In this document: positions 1 through 13,985 of the stretch, in pieces
Layout: the number at the start of each line of letters is the position of its first letter
Numbering within the stretch: the stretch's first letter is position 1
Assembly: GCA_951406725.2 (NCBI GenBank)
Contig: OX597821.1
Span: 103,354,001-103,418,000, forward strand
Direction: 5' to 3'
Length of the DNA: 64,000 nt
Origin: Octopus vulgaris
Taxonomy: Eukaryota
Notes under the pieces: model-generated
What the model was told of the DNA's origin: nothing
Databases searched by the model: none
The model's input: the letters and a program-made list of their open reading frames with translations, nothing else
Made by a program: the position numbers and the translations under genes

Positions 1-267
1 CCTTTAAAACACTCATTTCAACTTGACCCAACATTTGTACTTTATTCAACTGTCATGACACTCTATTAAATATCTCAAACCAGCTACTAGCACATCAAAT
101 ACCACACTCTCCTCTCACACCGACTCGCACATACTCACACTCACACCTACATGTACCCACACACATACACACATATATACGCAGAGGCAGTACCTTTAAC
201 GCTACTGAAATCTGCTCTAAGTTTTACTGATAAAACATTTATTGCCACTGATCATACCCAACTTTTC

Positions 268-322
<55 letters not shown>

Positions 323-466
323 TTATATATGCATGTGTGCATGTGTGTGTGCATGCGTGCATGCGTGTGTGTTTGTGTGCGTGTGTGTATGTATATATAT
401 TTATATATACATATATATGTATTCATATATATATATATATATATATGATACATTAAAAATATACAC

Positions 467-531
<65 letters not shown>

Positions 532-542
532 TATTAATAGAT

Positions 543-916
543 AATAGAACACTCAGAGAGCACAAACGTTCGTTAGGGCAACACCAATGTCCGCTCAACG
601 ATTGGCCGGAGATGATTATGAAAATGAGAATATTTGAAATAAACTCGACTGCTCTCACAAACGAAAATAGTAAAAATGAACCCAATTAAGTAAAAAAAAA
701 AAGAGAAAAAAAAATGAAAAAGAATCCAGAATCCTTCTTCGGGAGCAAATCGATCCCAAAATCTAATCAGTTCGTGCAAGTCACGAGGTCAAACATCCCT
801 GAAAGTTTCATTCGAATCCATCCAGCAGTTCTTGAGACATCTTGTCCTCGGACAAACAAACTAACAAACAGACACGACTAAAAACAATACCCCCGCCTTC
901 GCTAAAGGGGAGGTAA
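543..916. mobile_element. Non-autonomous Helentron/HINE-like element
   Basis: Starts AATAGAACACTCAGAGAGCACAAAC. Has an internal AAAGTTTCATTCGAATCCATCCAG motif and a (CAAA)n run, and ends AAAACAATACCCCCGCCTTCGCTAAAGGGGAGGTAAT with a terminal stem-loop. The layout is typical of DINE/HINE-like elements, recognised from memory. Confidence 0.5.
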
Positions 917-1223
917 TAATAATATAAGCTGTTAGCAAACATAAAATAAACAAAAAGGTAAAATTGTTAATTTATAATCAGAGTACAAGATAGTCCACAA
1001 TATGACCAGAAATTAGAGTCCATACGGCTCAAGAACCGCAGTGAATGTTTTTCGTTCAGCGTGCAAATCAGTAGGTCCCGCGGACCGTACTTTGCCCATT
1101 ACCTTATCTAAATAATATTGCAGAACAAAAACCAAATCGACGGTGATTCGAACTCTGAGGATCATGGAGTTCAACGTGAATCCGGGTTTACTGGGCGTCA
1201 AAAACCCCACCGCCGTAACCACC

Positions 1224-1255
<32 letters not shown>

Positions 1256-1888
1256 CAACAACAATGCCGACGATAAGTAGCCCTATCAAATGGGAGTGGA
1301 CTATGCTTACCTGGTCGATCGATATGCGACAGAAATGACAGTAAAATCTCCCTCAAGATACACGCGGTCATAAAGAAACTATATATCTCATAAACAACAT
1401 GTCAGAATGATTTTGGTGACGGATGGACCGTCTCTGATCGATGTGATTTAACCCCGAGGCTAAAACACGACGTCGAGAACAACAGCCGACACCTCGACCA
1501 CCGCCACCACCAGCATCACCACTACTACCAGCACCACCACAACCACCACCACCACCACCACCACATTGTAAATAAAATATATCTGTAAACTACAACCAAA
1601 ATATCATTATTCTATATCACACTCATAGATTTATCAGTAAAATTACATCGTTACACCACTGGGATGAGAGCCACGCATCGTATATAAACACCATCTATCA
1701 TCGCATATAAAATATACATCACCGGATCTCTCTAACACGGCTACTGATAATACGGTAGCTATCATTCATATCATGCTATTAATATTGTTATCAATATTGC
1801 CAACGATAACTGCAATGTGTTTTCCCTGTACACGAGCAAACTTATAATGGAAATGAAAAACATCGCAGGACGATTATCAGGCAATTAC

Positions 1889-2202
<314 letters not shown>

Positions 2203-2493
2203 TGTATCTATATGTTTATATATATGTATGTAAATACGTACGTATGAGTGTATATAGTAATATTTAGGTATCTATATTATATATATATGTGCCTGCAATA
2301 ACACGTATATGTATGCGAATACACGCCCGTATATTTACCTGTGTATTCAAAAATACACTACAACACAATAACAGACGCCATACATATACATGAATACATA
2401 CACGCACACATATGAATGGATGAACATGTCTTCTGCGTATACATGTTTATGTATGTACCTGTGTTAACGCCTTCTTTCGTATCCTACGACGTC

Positions 2494-2537
<44 letters not shown>

Positions 2538-2644
2538 GATATTTATTACTTGTAGTCAAGTTATATTATATATTCTAACGTTATCTTATTACCTACGAAA
2601 AAAGCGCCTCAAAACCAAGGAGGAAGAAACCATCAAGAGTGACG

Positions 2645-2645
<1 letters not shown>

Positions 2646-2695
<50 letters not shown>

Positions 2696-2805
2696 GTAAT
2701 AACAACAACAACAACAAGAATAATAATAATAATAATAATAATAATATTTATAATGATAATAATAATAATAATAACAACAATAATAATAAAAATAATAATA
2801 TTAAT

Positions 2806-2845
<40 letters not shown>

Positions 2846-2870
2846 GTAACAACAACAACAACAACAACAA

Positions 2871-2915
<45 letters not shown>

Positions 2916-2958
2916 TAATAATAATGATAATAATAACAATAATAATAATAATAATAAT

Positions 2959-3014
<56 letters not shown>

Positions 3015-3040
3015 TAATAATAATAATAATAATAATGATA
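2646..3040. repeat. Long interrupted (AAT)n/(AAC)n microsatellite
   Basis: About 400 bp of AAT with AAC interruptions. It is the source of the poly-N/poly-I ORFs. Confidence 0.95.
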
Positions 3041-3222
3041 AGAAGAAGAAGAAGACGAATGAGGAGAAAGTCATTATTACGACCACTGCTATGGCGGACA
3101 TCCATACTTCCGTCGTGATGTGCAAATCTGTAAATATAAACAGTATTTTCCAGCCAGCAAAAACGCATCGATCAAGTCAACCAACTCGCCGACCAACCAA
3201 TATACAAATATCCGCATTCGTA

Positions 3223-3268
<46 letters not shown>

Positions 3269-3529
3269 GAAAAAGAATGAAAACTCCTTTTACTCCCGTT
3301 AAATCAACAACTCTCTCTCCCTCCCCTCTCTCACTATCTATCTATTTATCTATCTACCTCTATCTCTTATATATGCGCTCGTGTGTGTGAGTCAGTGAGT
3401 GTGTGTGTGTGTGAGTGTATGTGTATCTATAGAAACTATGTATGTATGTCTAATGTATATGCACACACATACACACACACATTTAAGAGTATGTATGTAT
3501 AAATATCTGAATATCTATACCTATATGTT

Positions 3530-3591
<62 letters not shown>

Positions 3592-3686
3592 TGTATATAT
3601 ATATATATGCATGTATATATATACTCATGGCCGCAGTCAAATGATTGAAACGAGAAAAAGAATAAGAAAATGAAAGAATGTGTGTG

Positions 3687-3739
<53 letters not shown>

Positions 3740-4161
3740 CTGTGTATATACATGTACATACGTGTGCGTTTCTGTGTGCGTATAGAATATTTGTACATAT
3801 GCCTATTATGTATGAACCACGTACTCACACACACACATACATACACACACACATAACTTATGTCTGTATAAATATGTGTTTGCCTTTGTGTTTGTGTATA
3901 TATGCATGTAGATATGCGTGCGTGTATGCACTGTCCAAACCATTCCAGTGTAATCGATTCGAAGAAAGGAAATGAAGATATTTTTACTCGATTAAACTAA
4001 AGATTTTGTATATCAACAATAAATAAACTCAGTGATGATGATTTCAAATAAAAAAAAAAAAGAATTGGTAGTTATCGATGCCATCGGATGATTATTCAAA
4101 AATAGAAGAGGATAGGATTTCTAACGCATTTTTGTGTTAACTAGTAAAGTTAGTACAGGAG

Positions 4162-4407
4162 TTAGAAAGATGGCTGTCTGGTGAAGTGTTTACCTTCGCA
4201 TACACATTGATCCTCGTTTATTACGAGGCTTTCGCTCCAAATGAATACAGTAATGAATAAAGCAGCGATAAGTGAATCATCTCCACGCAGTTTGTAAATG
4301 GAATGATTGATAGATCCATGGACACCAAACATGCGACCCACAACAGCAATGCTTCCATCGTCACGTATTTTCTTGATCATTTCTACCTTATTCTGTAGAG
4401 AATACAT
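4162..4407 (-). pseudogene. Decayed Tigger/pogo (CENP-B-like HTH-psq) transposase N-terminus
   Basis: ORF segment SLQNKVEMIKKIRDDGSIAVVGRMFGVHGSINHSIYK matches the xLxxKxxxIxxxxxGxSxxxxGRxFGxxxSTxxxIxK pattern of pogo-family HTH domains. Similarity is lost downstream. Confidence 0.5.
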
Positions 4408-4491
4408 TCATCTGGATTTGCTTGTTAAGATCAGACCCCTTCGTAACATTATTTTGTTAACTGGTCCCCTGTTAAGGTGTACAAGTACGTT

Positions 4492-4884
4492 GGTGGGATG
4501 GAAGCACTCCGTCGGTTACGACGATGAGGGTTCCGGTTGATCCGAATCAACGGAACAGCCTGCTCGTGAATTTAACGTGTAAGTGGCTGAGCACTCCACA
4601 GACACGTGCACCCATAACGTAGTTCTCTGGGATATTCAGCGTGACACAGAGAGTGACAAGGCCGGCCCCTTGAAATACAGGTACAACAGAAACAGGAAGT
4701 AAGAGTGAGAGAAAGTTGTGGTGAAAGAGTACAGCAGGGATCACCACCATCCCCTGCCGGAGCCTCGTGGAGCTTTTAGGTGTTTTCGCTCAATAAACAC
4801 TCACAACGCCCGGTCTGGGAATCGAAACCGCGATCCTATGACCGCGAGTCCGCTGCCCTAACCACTGGGCCATTGCGCCTCCAC
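4492..4884 (-). mobile_element. tRNA-derived SINE, family A (full length, TSD)
   Basis: Minus-strand head GTGGAGGCGCAATGGCCCAGTGG (A box) ... GTTTCGATTCC (B box). Flanked by TACAAGTAC[G/A]TT at 4480-4491 and 4885-4896. Near-identical to copies at 52048 and 61887. Confidence 0.92.
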
Positions 4885-5496
4885 TACAAGTACATTAATC
4901 CATATAAGAAACACTCAGCCTCGTAGCACGTTCATATAAACACAAGCAATAGTCAGTTAGCTCTTGTCAGCTGAGCATTGTGAATTGTAGATGGGAAGCG
5001 TCTACAAGCAATATCTTCCATTAATTAGGAGTTAACCCGTGTTATCAAATACCGATCTCTGATAAACGAAACTTCGTTCGCAGTTGAGTGTATTGTGTTA
5101 TCGCGGATCAGTGAAGAATGTATCAATGATAAACAAGGCTACATGAACATTTTCTGTTATCTTTTATTTGTTTCACTGACTGGACTGCGGTCGTGCTGGA
5201 TCATTTTCTGAAAATGGATCATAGCCTCTACAGAAAGTCAATTATTTATATCTGCTTTTTGTTTTATTTTCTTAATTTTTGGCTTGATCTCTTTACGTGA
5301 TGACATGAACATTTATCTCCTGAGATAGCATCGGGTTGAATAAAGGGCTTTTGAGTAAAATTTGGTTGAGGAAGACTTTCTGAAAGCCTTTTGTGTCCAC
5401 ATGTATCTTGTATCTTTTAATAGGTTTAATTCATCGCTCGTGTCAATACGACATTTTATCCCAGAGCGTTTTTAAGGAACCCACTCCTGTTTATAT

Positions 5497-5905
<409 letters not shown>

Positions 5906-7314
5906 AAAATGAATGGTTATAGCCGAAATAGCTTTGATCATATGCATTCTCGAAAACAGTCATCCTGGAGATAAACTAGAAATATAATTGAGCGACCTAT
6001 TGGAAAATAAAAGTCAAATTGCCATAGAAACACTAAAGTGAAAACCATTTCCTTTTTCACTTTTATGCACAGAATTAAACCTCAGAATCGAAAGTTACTT
6101 TCTCTAAAATTTAATGATTTGATGAGAGAAATCCAATAACAGATTTAGTTCCATTATGTTGGATGTTCCTGTTACCATTTCCCATTCGTCTGTTGTATCT
6201 GCATATCGATCACAGCATATCTCTTTCCTCTATTGCCATGACTGACGTATAACTGTGCTCTTCTGTTTGTGCCTGTGTCCATGAATATATATATGTAGTA
6301 TATATAAATCACAGTATGTGTGTATAATGGCTAACGCATACATTTCCACAATTCTCAACCGATTTTCACCAAATTTACACACGCATTACTTGCAGTATAA
6401 CATTTTCTCCAGGCGTCTCGAGTAAATGGACGTAAAGGACATAGTTTTTTCAGTATGTATGGTCTTCCATACTTTTTAATCTTTTTATAAAAGTGAAAGG
6501 ATTTTCTCTGTTTATACCTGCGACGCTGATTAAATTGACTTGGAACACTGTAAACGATGAATATCCAATAACAAACAATCTTAATCTCCATATTTAAACT
6601 GCATTAAACTTTGGAAAGCTTACTTTTACCTATTCTGAGTTATTTGAAAGGGAATGTTCTTATCCTTCTCTTTGTTTGATACATTTATTTACCTACGAAT
6701 GCATTGTTTCTCTTTAAGGATGTTTATTTACCCATCCATTATTGTATTTCGACTGTTGTCTATTGTTTCAAATACGTTTTAGCATTGTCATTCTAGCCTT
6801 TTTGAAACGATCAAATATGATTCGTCCCACACAATCAACCTTTAAATAAGAGTTTTGCTTCCACTAGCGAAAGCTATACGTATCTTTCAGAAAAGCTCCA
6901 TATCAATTTAACTTTATTTGTTATTCGCTGTTAGTTTATGCGAGGGCTATGTGGGAAGACAGAATAAAGGAGCTTTTGTTGGCTTATCTTTTCGAAAATA
7001 TAGCTCCCTTTGCTGTTGAATAAAATAAACTCAAGGGAGGAAGTTTCAACGTCTTAGTTCAATTTCCTTACACTATTTCTGTGGGTGTTTCTGATAAGAA
7101 ATTTCGCTTTCATGTAAAGCGACTATATTTTGTAGACATTACTCGTAATCTAATCTCAAAACACTTCAGTAGCTCCACTCTTCATCGCTTGCAAACTTAC
7201 CACTAAAGCAAGCAATATATATATATATTTATATATATATATCTGTGTATGAGGGTGGGGTCTTGTGTGTGTGTGTCTGTCTGTCTAGTGTTTATTGTGG
7301 TCTTACAAATGTTT

Positions 7315-7603
7315 CGACTAAAGCTTTGTGAGTGAATTTGGTGGACGGAAACTGAAAGAAGCCCGTCGTGTATGGATGTATGTATTCATGTGTATGAGTC
7401 TCTTTGTATCTGTGTTTGCACTCCAGCCCGCCATCGCTTAACAACCGATGTTGGTGTTCATGTCTCCGTGACTTAGCGGTTCAGCAACAGAACACGATAG
7501 AATAAGTTGTAGACGTAAGAAAAAAGAAGTCTTAGAGTCGATTTGTTCGACTAGAACCCTTCAAGGCGTTGACCGACCATGGCCGAAGGCAAATGACCAA
7601 AAC
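7315..7603 (+). mobile_element. SINE family B, 5'-truncated and diverged
   Basis: Contains GACGGAAACTGAAAGAAGCCCGTCG ... ACTTAGCGGTTC ... GTCGATTTGTTCGACT, shared with the other B copies. Confidence 0.8.
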
Positions 7604-7608
7604 ACACA

Positions 7609-7660
<52 letters not shown>

Positions 7661-7678
7661 TACACAAACACACACAGC

Positions 7679-7720
<42 letters not shown>

Positions 7721-8017
7721 TACACAAACACACACAGCAACACACACACTAACACAGACACGCACTAACACAGGCACAATAGACACAGACATAATACACA
7801 CATACACTAACACACACACAAACACACACAAACAAACACACACAAAAACACACACACTAACACACACACACACACACAGAAGACACACACAAACACACGC
7901 ACACTAACACATTCGCAAACACACACACATACACAAGACACACACATTAACACACAACGCACACACACACACACACACACAAACACCCACACTAGCGCAC
8001 TTGCAAACACACACTCA

Positions 8018-8055
<38 letters not shown>

Positions 8056-8658
8056 TACACATTAACACACGCGCACAAACACACACATACAATTTTCTCT
8101 GTCTGGTAGAAGTGAAAGTGCAAGGCTATTTAGAAACCACGTGATCAAAGGCCAGTGTTACATTAGAATAACCAATCTAAGTCGAACAAAATTTCAAAAT
8201 AAAATTCATGCATGACAAAAAACTAAAATGAAAAGACAAAGAAAAAACCCAACAAAAATCTATCTCCTTCCCAAAATAAAAAGGTGTGTTCGACTTCAAT
8301 CGTTGCACCAACAAAGTTTTCAAGCCCTACTCTCTGTCAAGTTTGTTGATTACAACACCTGGGCCTTGCCGCTCCCTGCTCTTGTTTACAACTACTGTTC
8401 CTATGACTACGACCACGACTATTATCTCTGTTAACTCCAGCACCGTCAGTCGTTGCAACGTCATTATCAACTATGACACCACCGCCATCACCACCACCAC
8501 CACCACCACCTCCACCTCCACCACCTGTACCGCACCGTCGCCAAGACGACCACCGCTATCGTTAACCAGCCCCACTGCGATTATCATCATCATCACTATC
8601 ACGATGATCGCCTATATCGGCGTCATCAGAAACACCACCACCACCACCACCACCATCA

Positions 8659-8987
8659 CCCCAAAAGGATGAAAGGCCAAGTCGACCTCGGCGGAATTTG
8701 AACTCAGAACGTAAAGACAGACGAAATACCGCTAAGCATTTCGCCCGGCGCGCTAACGATTCTTACTTCTTATTTCTTTATTGCCCACAAGGGGCTAAGC
8801 ACAAAGAGGACAAACAAGGACAGACAAAGGGATTAAGTTGATTATATCGATCCCAGTGCGTAACTGGTACTTATTTAACCGACCTCAAAAGGATAAAAGG
8901 CAAAGTCGACCTCGGCGGAATTTGAACTCAGAACGTAAAGACGGACGAAATATAGCTAAGTATTTCGCTCGGCGTTCTAACGTTTCT
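8659..8987 (-). mobile_element. SINE family C dimer (C2-tail unit joined to a second C unit)
   Basis: Two copies of GAGTTCAAATTCCGCCGAGGTCGAC on the minus strand, joined at TAAAGAAATAAGAAGTAAG|AATCGTTAGC (about 8760). Confidence 0.85.
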
Positions 8988-9302
8988 AACAGTTTGCGGT
9001 ATTTAAGAATCACACCATACGCTCTGAGTTCGATTTCGGTCGACGTGATGTTTGTACTTTGCTCTCGTGGGGAACGGGCAGTAAACTACAATATGAAATT
9101 ACTGGTTTCCTTAAGATGACTTACTCGACCGATTTACCCCCGCACACACACACACTCACACACACACACGTGCGAATTCCTTACCTTGGGTTCTTGGTAG
9201 ACACGGTTGCGGGTCACACCGTTTCTTCCAGCCAACCGTCTGTCTGTATGTCTGTGTGTCATACAAATATGAGTATGTGTGTTATGGTTGCTGATGCTGA
9301 AA

Positions 9303-9875
9303 GGTGGTGGTAACGGATGATGACGAGGGTGATGATAATGATGATGGTGATGATGTTGATGATGAAGAAAATTATGATGATGATGGTGATAGCGTGGTGA
9401 TGGTGGTCGTGGTATTGACGACGACGATGATGATAAATGATTATGATGGGGAAGATGATGATGATGATGATGAAGATGGTGGTGATAATGGGGCAGCGAT
9501 GGATGATGATGATGATGATGATGCTGAAGAGGATTGTGGTGGTGGTGGTGGTGATGGTGATGATAACGATGATGATAATGCGGAGGAGGAGGAAGAGGAT
9601 GCGGAGGAGAAAGATGCCGATGATGACAGTTATGTTGATGTTTAGGATAGTGGGGTGGCGGTAAAGAGGGGGATGAAGCTGATTGTGTTGGTGGTGATGG
9701 TGGGGGGTGGGGTAATAAACACCACGACGACTATGGTGTCGACCATGCTTATTGTAGTAGTAGTGATGGTAGTGACTGATGACGACGTCAATGGTGACGA
9801 TCATGATAATGACGATGACGATGATGACGATGATGACGATGATGGTGACGGTGATTATACAGAAGCTGTTGATGA
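9303..9875. repeat. Degenerate (GAT)n/(GGT)n trinucleotide low-complexity tract
   Basis: Mixed GAT/GGT/GAC triplets with open frames on both strands. Confidence 0.85.
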
Positions 9876-10279
9876 CTCATGGCCTTTCTCTATTACGGTC
9901 ATCACCGTCTGATTTTGTCACCTCATCATGCACCCCCACCTGCCACCCCCGCACTTTCTTTTCTTCTTCTTCCAAGACTCCCTAACCCAACCCTTAAACT
10001 TTTTTTTTTTATTCCTCCATTATTTATACTGTTCTGGGCAGTCACTGATATCTTGTGTGGATTGGTTGCCTGGTTGGCAAATGGTTATCTAGGTGGGTGA
10101 GTAGTTGCGTTGGTTGGGTGGAAGCGGGGTATATAATGAGATCATTGCACCCTTTGACCACAGCCGATCCTTTTCTTTTTAACTTTATAAAATTATTTCT
10201 TTAAACTTTCAAAAGAAATTATAACCAACACCGAAAGTCATGACTGGCTGCAATTTCTAAAGAAATATCACTTCTAAAC

Positions 10280-10693
10280 TCTTTTACTCTTTTACTTGTT
10301 TCATTCATTTGACTGTGGCCATGCTGGAGCATCGCCTTTAGTCGAGCAAATCGACCCCCAGGACCTATGCTTTGTAAGCCTAGTACTTATTCTATCGGTC
10401 TCTTTTGCAGAACCGTTAAGATACGGGGACATAAACACACCACCATCTGTTGTCAAGCGATGTTGGGGAGACAAACACAGACAAACAAACGTATACACAC
10501 ACACACACACACAAATACACACACACACACACATATATACGACGGGCTTCTTTCAGTCTCCGTCTACCAAATCCACTCACAAGGCTTTGGTCTGCCCGAG
10601 CCTATAGTAGAAGACACTTGCCACGCAGTAGGACTGAACCCGAAACCATGTGGTTCGTAAGCAAGCTACTTACCATACAGCCACTCCTACGCC
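10280..10693 (-). mobile_element. SINE family B (full length)
   Basis: Head GGCGTAGGAGTGGCTGTATGG with B-box-like GGGTTCAGTCC, an internal (TG)n, and tail GAAACAAGTAAAAGAGTAAAAGAG. Confidence 0.9.
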
Positions 10694-10831
10694 TATAGAA
10701 TAACATTTCATCGTAGAGCTAAGAGTTGGGGCATAATATTGACTTATAAGATTTTAATGCTCATGGTTATATAATATAGTTGCATAACAAAATGTGGTGA
10801 CGAAGCCAGTAATTAATATATATGCACAATA

Positions 10832-11050
10832 AGGCGGCGAGCTGGCAGAACCGTTAGCACGCCAGGCGAAATGCTTAGCGGTATTTCATCTCTCTTTATG
10901 TTTTGAGTTCAAATTCCGCCGAGGTCGACCTTGCTTTTCATCCTTTCGAGGTGGATAAATTAAGTACCAGTTGCGTACTGGGGTCGATATAATCGACTGG
11001 TCCCCTCCACAAAAATTTCAGGCCCTGTGTCTAGAGTAGATAAGAATTAT
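10832..11050 (+). mobile_element. SINE family C (C1 tail)
   Basis: GGCGGCGAGCTGGCAGAACCGTTAGCACG ... GAGTTCAAATTCC ... TTTCATCCTTTCGAGG ... AAAATTTCAGGCCCTGTGTCTAGAGTAGA. Confidence 0.88.
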
Positions 11051-11189
11051 GTTTAATGCTGTAGCAAATCTTCACACCAGCAGTCTGGTCTGAGAAATAC
11101 ATTCTCTTTGCTTTTCATCCTTTCGGGGTCGATAATTTATGTACCAGTTACGCACTGGGGTCGATGTAATCGACTTAGTACTCCATCAA

Positions 11190-11470
11190 TCACAACGATG
11201 ATTATTCCACCTGATCTGATTAATGGAACAGCCAGCTTGTGAAATTAACGTACAAGTGGCTGAGCATTCCACAGACACAAGTTTTCTTATTGTTCTGAGG
11301 GAGATTCAGCGTGACACAGAGTGTGACAAGGCCAGCCCTTTTGAACTACAGCTGAGTAGACTGGAGCAACTTGAAATAAAGTGTCTTGCTCAAGAACGCA
11401 ACGCGTCGCCAGGAATCGAACTCTCGACCTTACAATCGTGAGCCGAATACCCTAACCCTTAAGCCATACG
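11190..11470 (-). mobile_element. Older A-related SINE (CORE-like body, A tail)
   Basis: Shares the A tail (GTGAAATTAACGTACAAGTGGCTGAGC ... CAGCGTGACACAGAG) but has the body TTCTTGAGCAAGACACTTTATTTCAAGTTGCTCCAGTCTACTCAGCTG. Confidence 0.75.
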
Positions 11471-11543
11471 CATCACCAACAACTTCGATAACGAAATACA
11501 CGTCATTATCACCACCGTTGTCTGCATCACTTCCTTCTCCACC

Positions 11544-11575
<32 letters not shown>

Positions 11576-11909
11576 GAGCAAAGTACATATCGTCATTGCC
11601 ACCATCTCCACCATCTCCACCATCTTCATTATAAAAGCCAATTCCGCCACCGCTATCACCACCACCACCACCACCTCCACCACCACCACCACCGCCACCG
11701 CCGCCGCCGCCACCGCCACCATCAGCAGCAGCGCACTGAACAAGAAACCAAGTGTGCAACAGACGTTGCAGCGACCATCCTTCAAATACCTTGAAAAAAA
11801 AAAACAACCCCAACACTTATGACAATGATTGCAATGTACATACATAGGTTTATATGTATGTGTTTGTACGTGTTTGACTGAGTGCGTGTTTGTGTGTACG
11901 TACGTGTAT

Positions 11910-11942
<33 letters not shown>

Positions 11943-12489
11943 TTAGCTGATGTAATATTTGCTTTCGACAGTGAATGGTTAAAAGTAAATACATGTGACT
12001 GAGAGCAGCTTGGTTTGTATGAGACAAGATGAAAGCGAATGATGTTTGGAGAATAAAGAAAAGAGAAATAGGATAGAGTAGAACTAAAAGAAGAGAAAGA
12101 GAGAGAGAGAGAGAGGGGGGGGCACTGATGGAAAGAGAGCGAGAGGGCATGCAGAGAGGTGAAGGTGTGGTGTATGTTGTGTGTGTGGAGTGTAATAGGA
12201 AAAGACATGAATATAAAACAAAACGCGAAAGAAGAGAATAGAGACGCTGCACAACGGAGGATTGACTAAATAGACACAGACATGACTGTGTGGGTAAAGA
12301 AGTTCGTTCTGAAATTACGAGGATTCGTGTTCGATCCCACCACACCTCAAATTATGGTAAATGACTTTCTGTCATAGCTCCCGGGGAGGTGGAGTTGGTG
12401 GGTGCCTTAAAAGTTTAACCCTAACCCTAACTTAAAAGTTAAACCCTTGTTAAGGCCGAAATGATGAGAAATGAATTGGAGAAGTGAAT

Positions 12490-12710
12490 TACAAGGGGAT
12501 GCTGCGAGTTCCTGGCTTTGGGTAAAAGAAAAAAACAGTAGCATCAGTTAATTATGATTTTATTCAACATATTCTTCTCTCGCATTCACACACAATTTTG
12601 CAGTGGTCCTTCAGTTTTCAAAGCCCTGTAAAAGAACTTGGAAGGTTGAGCTTCCAGCTAGGTCTTTCGTGATAACCTTAAAGCCAGGAACATTTCAGCA
12701 CCTCGTCGTA
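12490..12710. mobile_element. Tc1/mariner-type MITE
   Basis: Imperfect TIRs TACAAGGGGATGCTGCGAGTTCCTGGCTTT and AAAGCCAGGAACATTTCAGCACCTCGTCGTA, with TA at both ends. Confidence 0.7.
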
Positions 12711-12921
12711 CAAGGGTGAAAAGAAAAGAACAGTTTAGGTTTTATCTTGTGTTTCATCGGTATTTCGGGGTTAGGACCTCTTCATCAGGAATTGTGGAGA
12801 AATAAGAAATGGAATGAACAAATTATCGTTGTTCAGATATGTGAGAGATGTTATTGATATACGCAGACTGGTGTTGTTATTGTGACTAGTCTTCTAGCCA
12901 TTGTTCCATTAACAACTTAAA

Positions 12922-13221
12922 ATGTTTTCGAGGGCCTACATATTACATAAAGTCGTCTGGAGTAAGTGTGGTGCAGCTTACATCGAGAGGACCATCCGGA
13001 AACTACATATTCACATCAAGGATCATATATGCAGATACATTTCAGGCCGTAAATATTTGCAGAAATGCCCTCCTAGGGACTTTGCTGTATCCATCAGGGC
13101 AACAAAATGTAACACAAGCAATCTTCGAATCAAAGAGGCTAAACTAATTATGAAGCTGATCCAAGCAAAAATCATCGAAAAATATAACGATGCAATGGCA
13201 ATCATGGAATGTGTACATTGA
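12922..13221 (+). pseudogene. Penelope-like GIY-YIG endonuclease remnant
   Basis: YILHKVVWSKCGAAYIERTIRKLHIHIKDH ... LRIKEAKLI resembles the PLE EN pattern VYxxxCxxCxxxYIGxTxRxLxxRxxEH ... ExxLI. An inverted hammerhead-like motif lies upstream at 12755-12792. Confidence 0.7.
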
Positions 13222-13451
13222 AAATATATACGCTGCATTGTAGGTATGATGCCAAGAAGAAAATGTGAGAGTGTTGTGAAATTCAGCAAAAGTAAAGAAA
13301 CGATTCAATGATATTATGTTCCTTTAAAAGTTTGGACTGTGTAAAGTTTCGTTTTTCAGCTCTCAGGTAACTATTCCTAACTCAAAATGGTTTTATACAA
13401 ACAGTATAATGGTGTGTTTGGACTCTTGAAGTATTTATTACAGTTGGATTG

Positions 13452-13985
13452 TAGAGACGCTCTCTTATCACTCTAGAGTCACTCTCTTATCACTCTAAAG
13501 ACACGTCGGCTGCGGGGTCATTCCGAAAAGCTCTACCTGCGACGATTTCATCTCAATCGAAGGAGAGGAGCTTTCTCCGTCCGGGTTGCGGATCCGTGGA
13601 ACAAGCTGCCAGACGAGATGGTGAAGATGCCGACGACCGCTTTGTTCAAAGCCTCCCTGGATCTCAAGTGGCCTGAACTCTTTACATGAACACCACCCTG
13701 TACTTAACTCCATGTCCCCCTACATGGCCTTGCTATTTGATTTTGAGCCAAATTAACTAACTAACTAACTAACTCTCTTATCACTCTAGAGACACACTCT
13801 TATCATTCTAGAGTCACTATCTTATCACTCTAAAGACACTCTTTTATCACCCTAGAGACACTTTCTTATCACTCTAGAGTCACTCACTTATCACTTTAGA
13901 GACACTCTCTTATCTCTCTAGAGTCACTCTCTTATCACTCTAAAGACACTCTCTTATCACTCTAGAGACACTCTCTTATCACTCA
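13452..13985. repeat. 22-bp minisatellite (CTCTCTTATCACTCTAGAG[A/T]CA)n, about 12 units, split by a CR1 insertion
   Basis: Units visible at 13452-13504 and 13773-13985. Confidence 0.9.
13505..13773 (+). mobile_element. CR1-clade LINE, 5'-truncated 3' end
   Basis: Near-identical to 26039-26308 in reverse. Encodes RLRGHSEKLYLRRFHLNRRRGAFSVRVADPWNKLP and ends in an (ACTA)n tail. Confidence 0.9.

Noticed and set aside
151-689. [14 protein letters not shown] ORFs here and throughout the window
   Set aside because: Dinucleotide repeats lack stop codons, so these are artefacts.
2416-3390. 324-aa Asn-rich ORF
   Set aside because: Translation of (CA)n and (AAT)n microsatellites. It is open in several frames and has no domain.
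4810-4884. tRNA gene
   Set aside because: A/B boxes are present, but there is no full cloverleaf and the sequence continues into a SINE body with TSDs. It is a SINE head.
9304-9912. Asp-rich acidic ORFs resembling biomineral proteins
   Set aside because: Degenerate GAT/GGT repeats with frame changes and stops, and no signal peptide or splice evidence.
12417-12432. Telomere remnant (TAACCC)2
   Set aside because: Too short to distinguish from chance.
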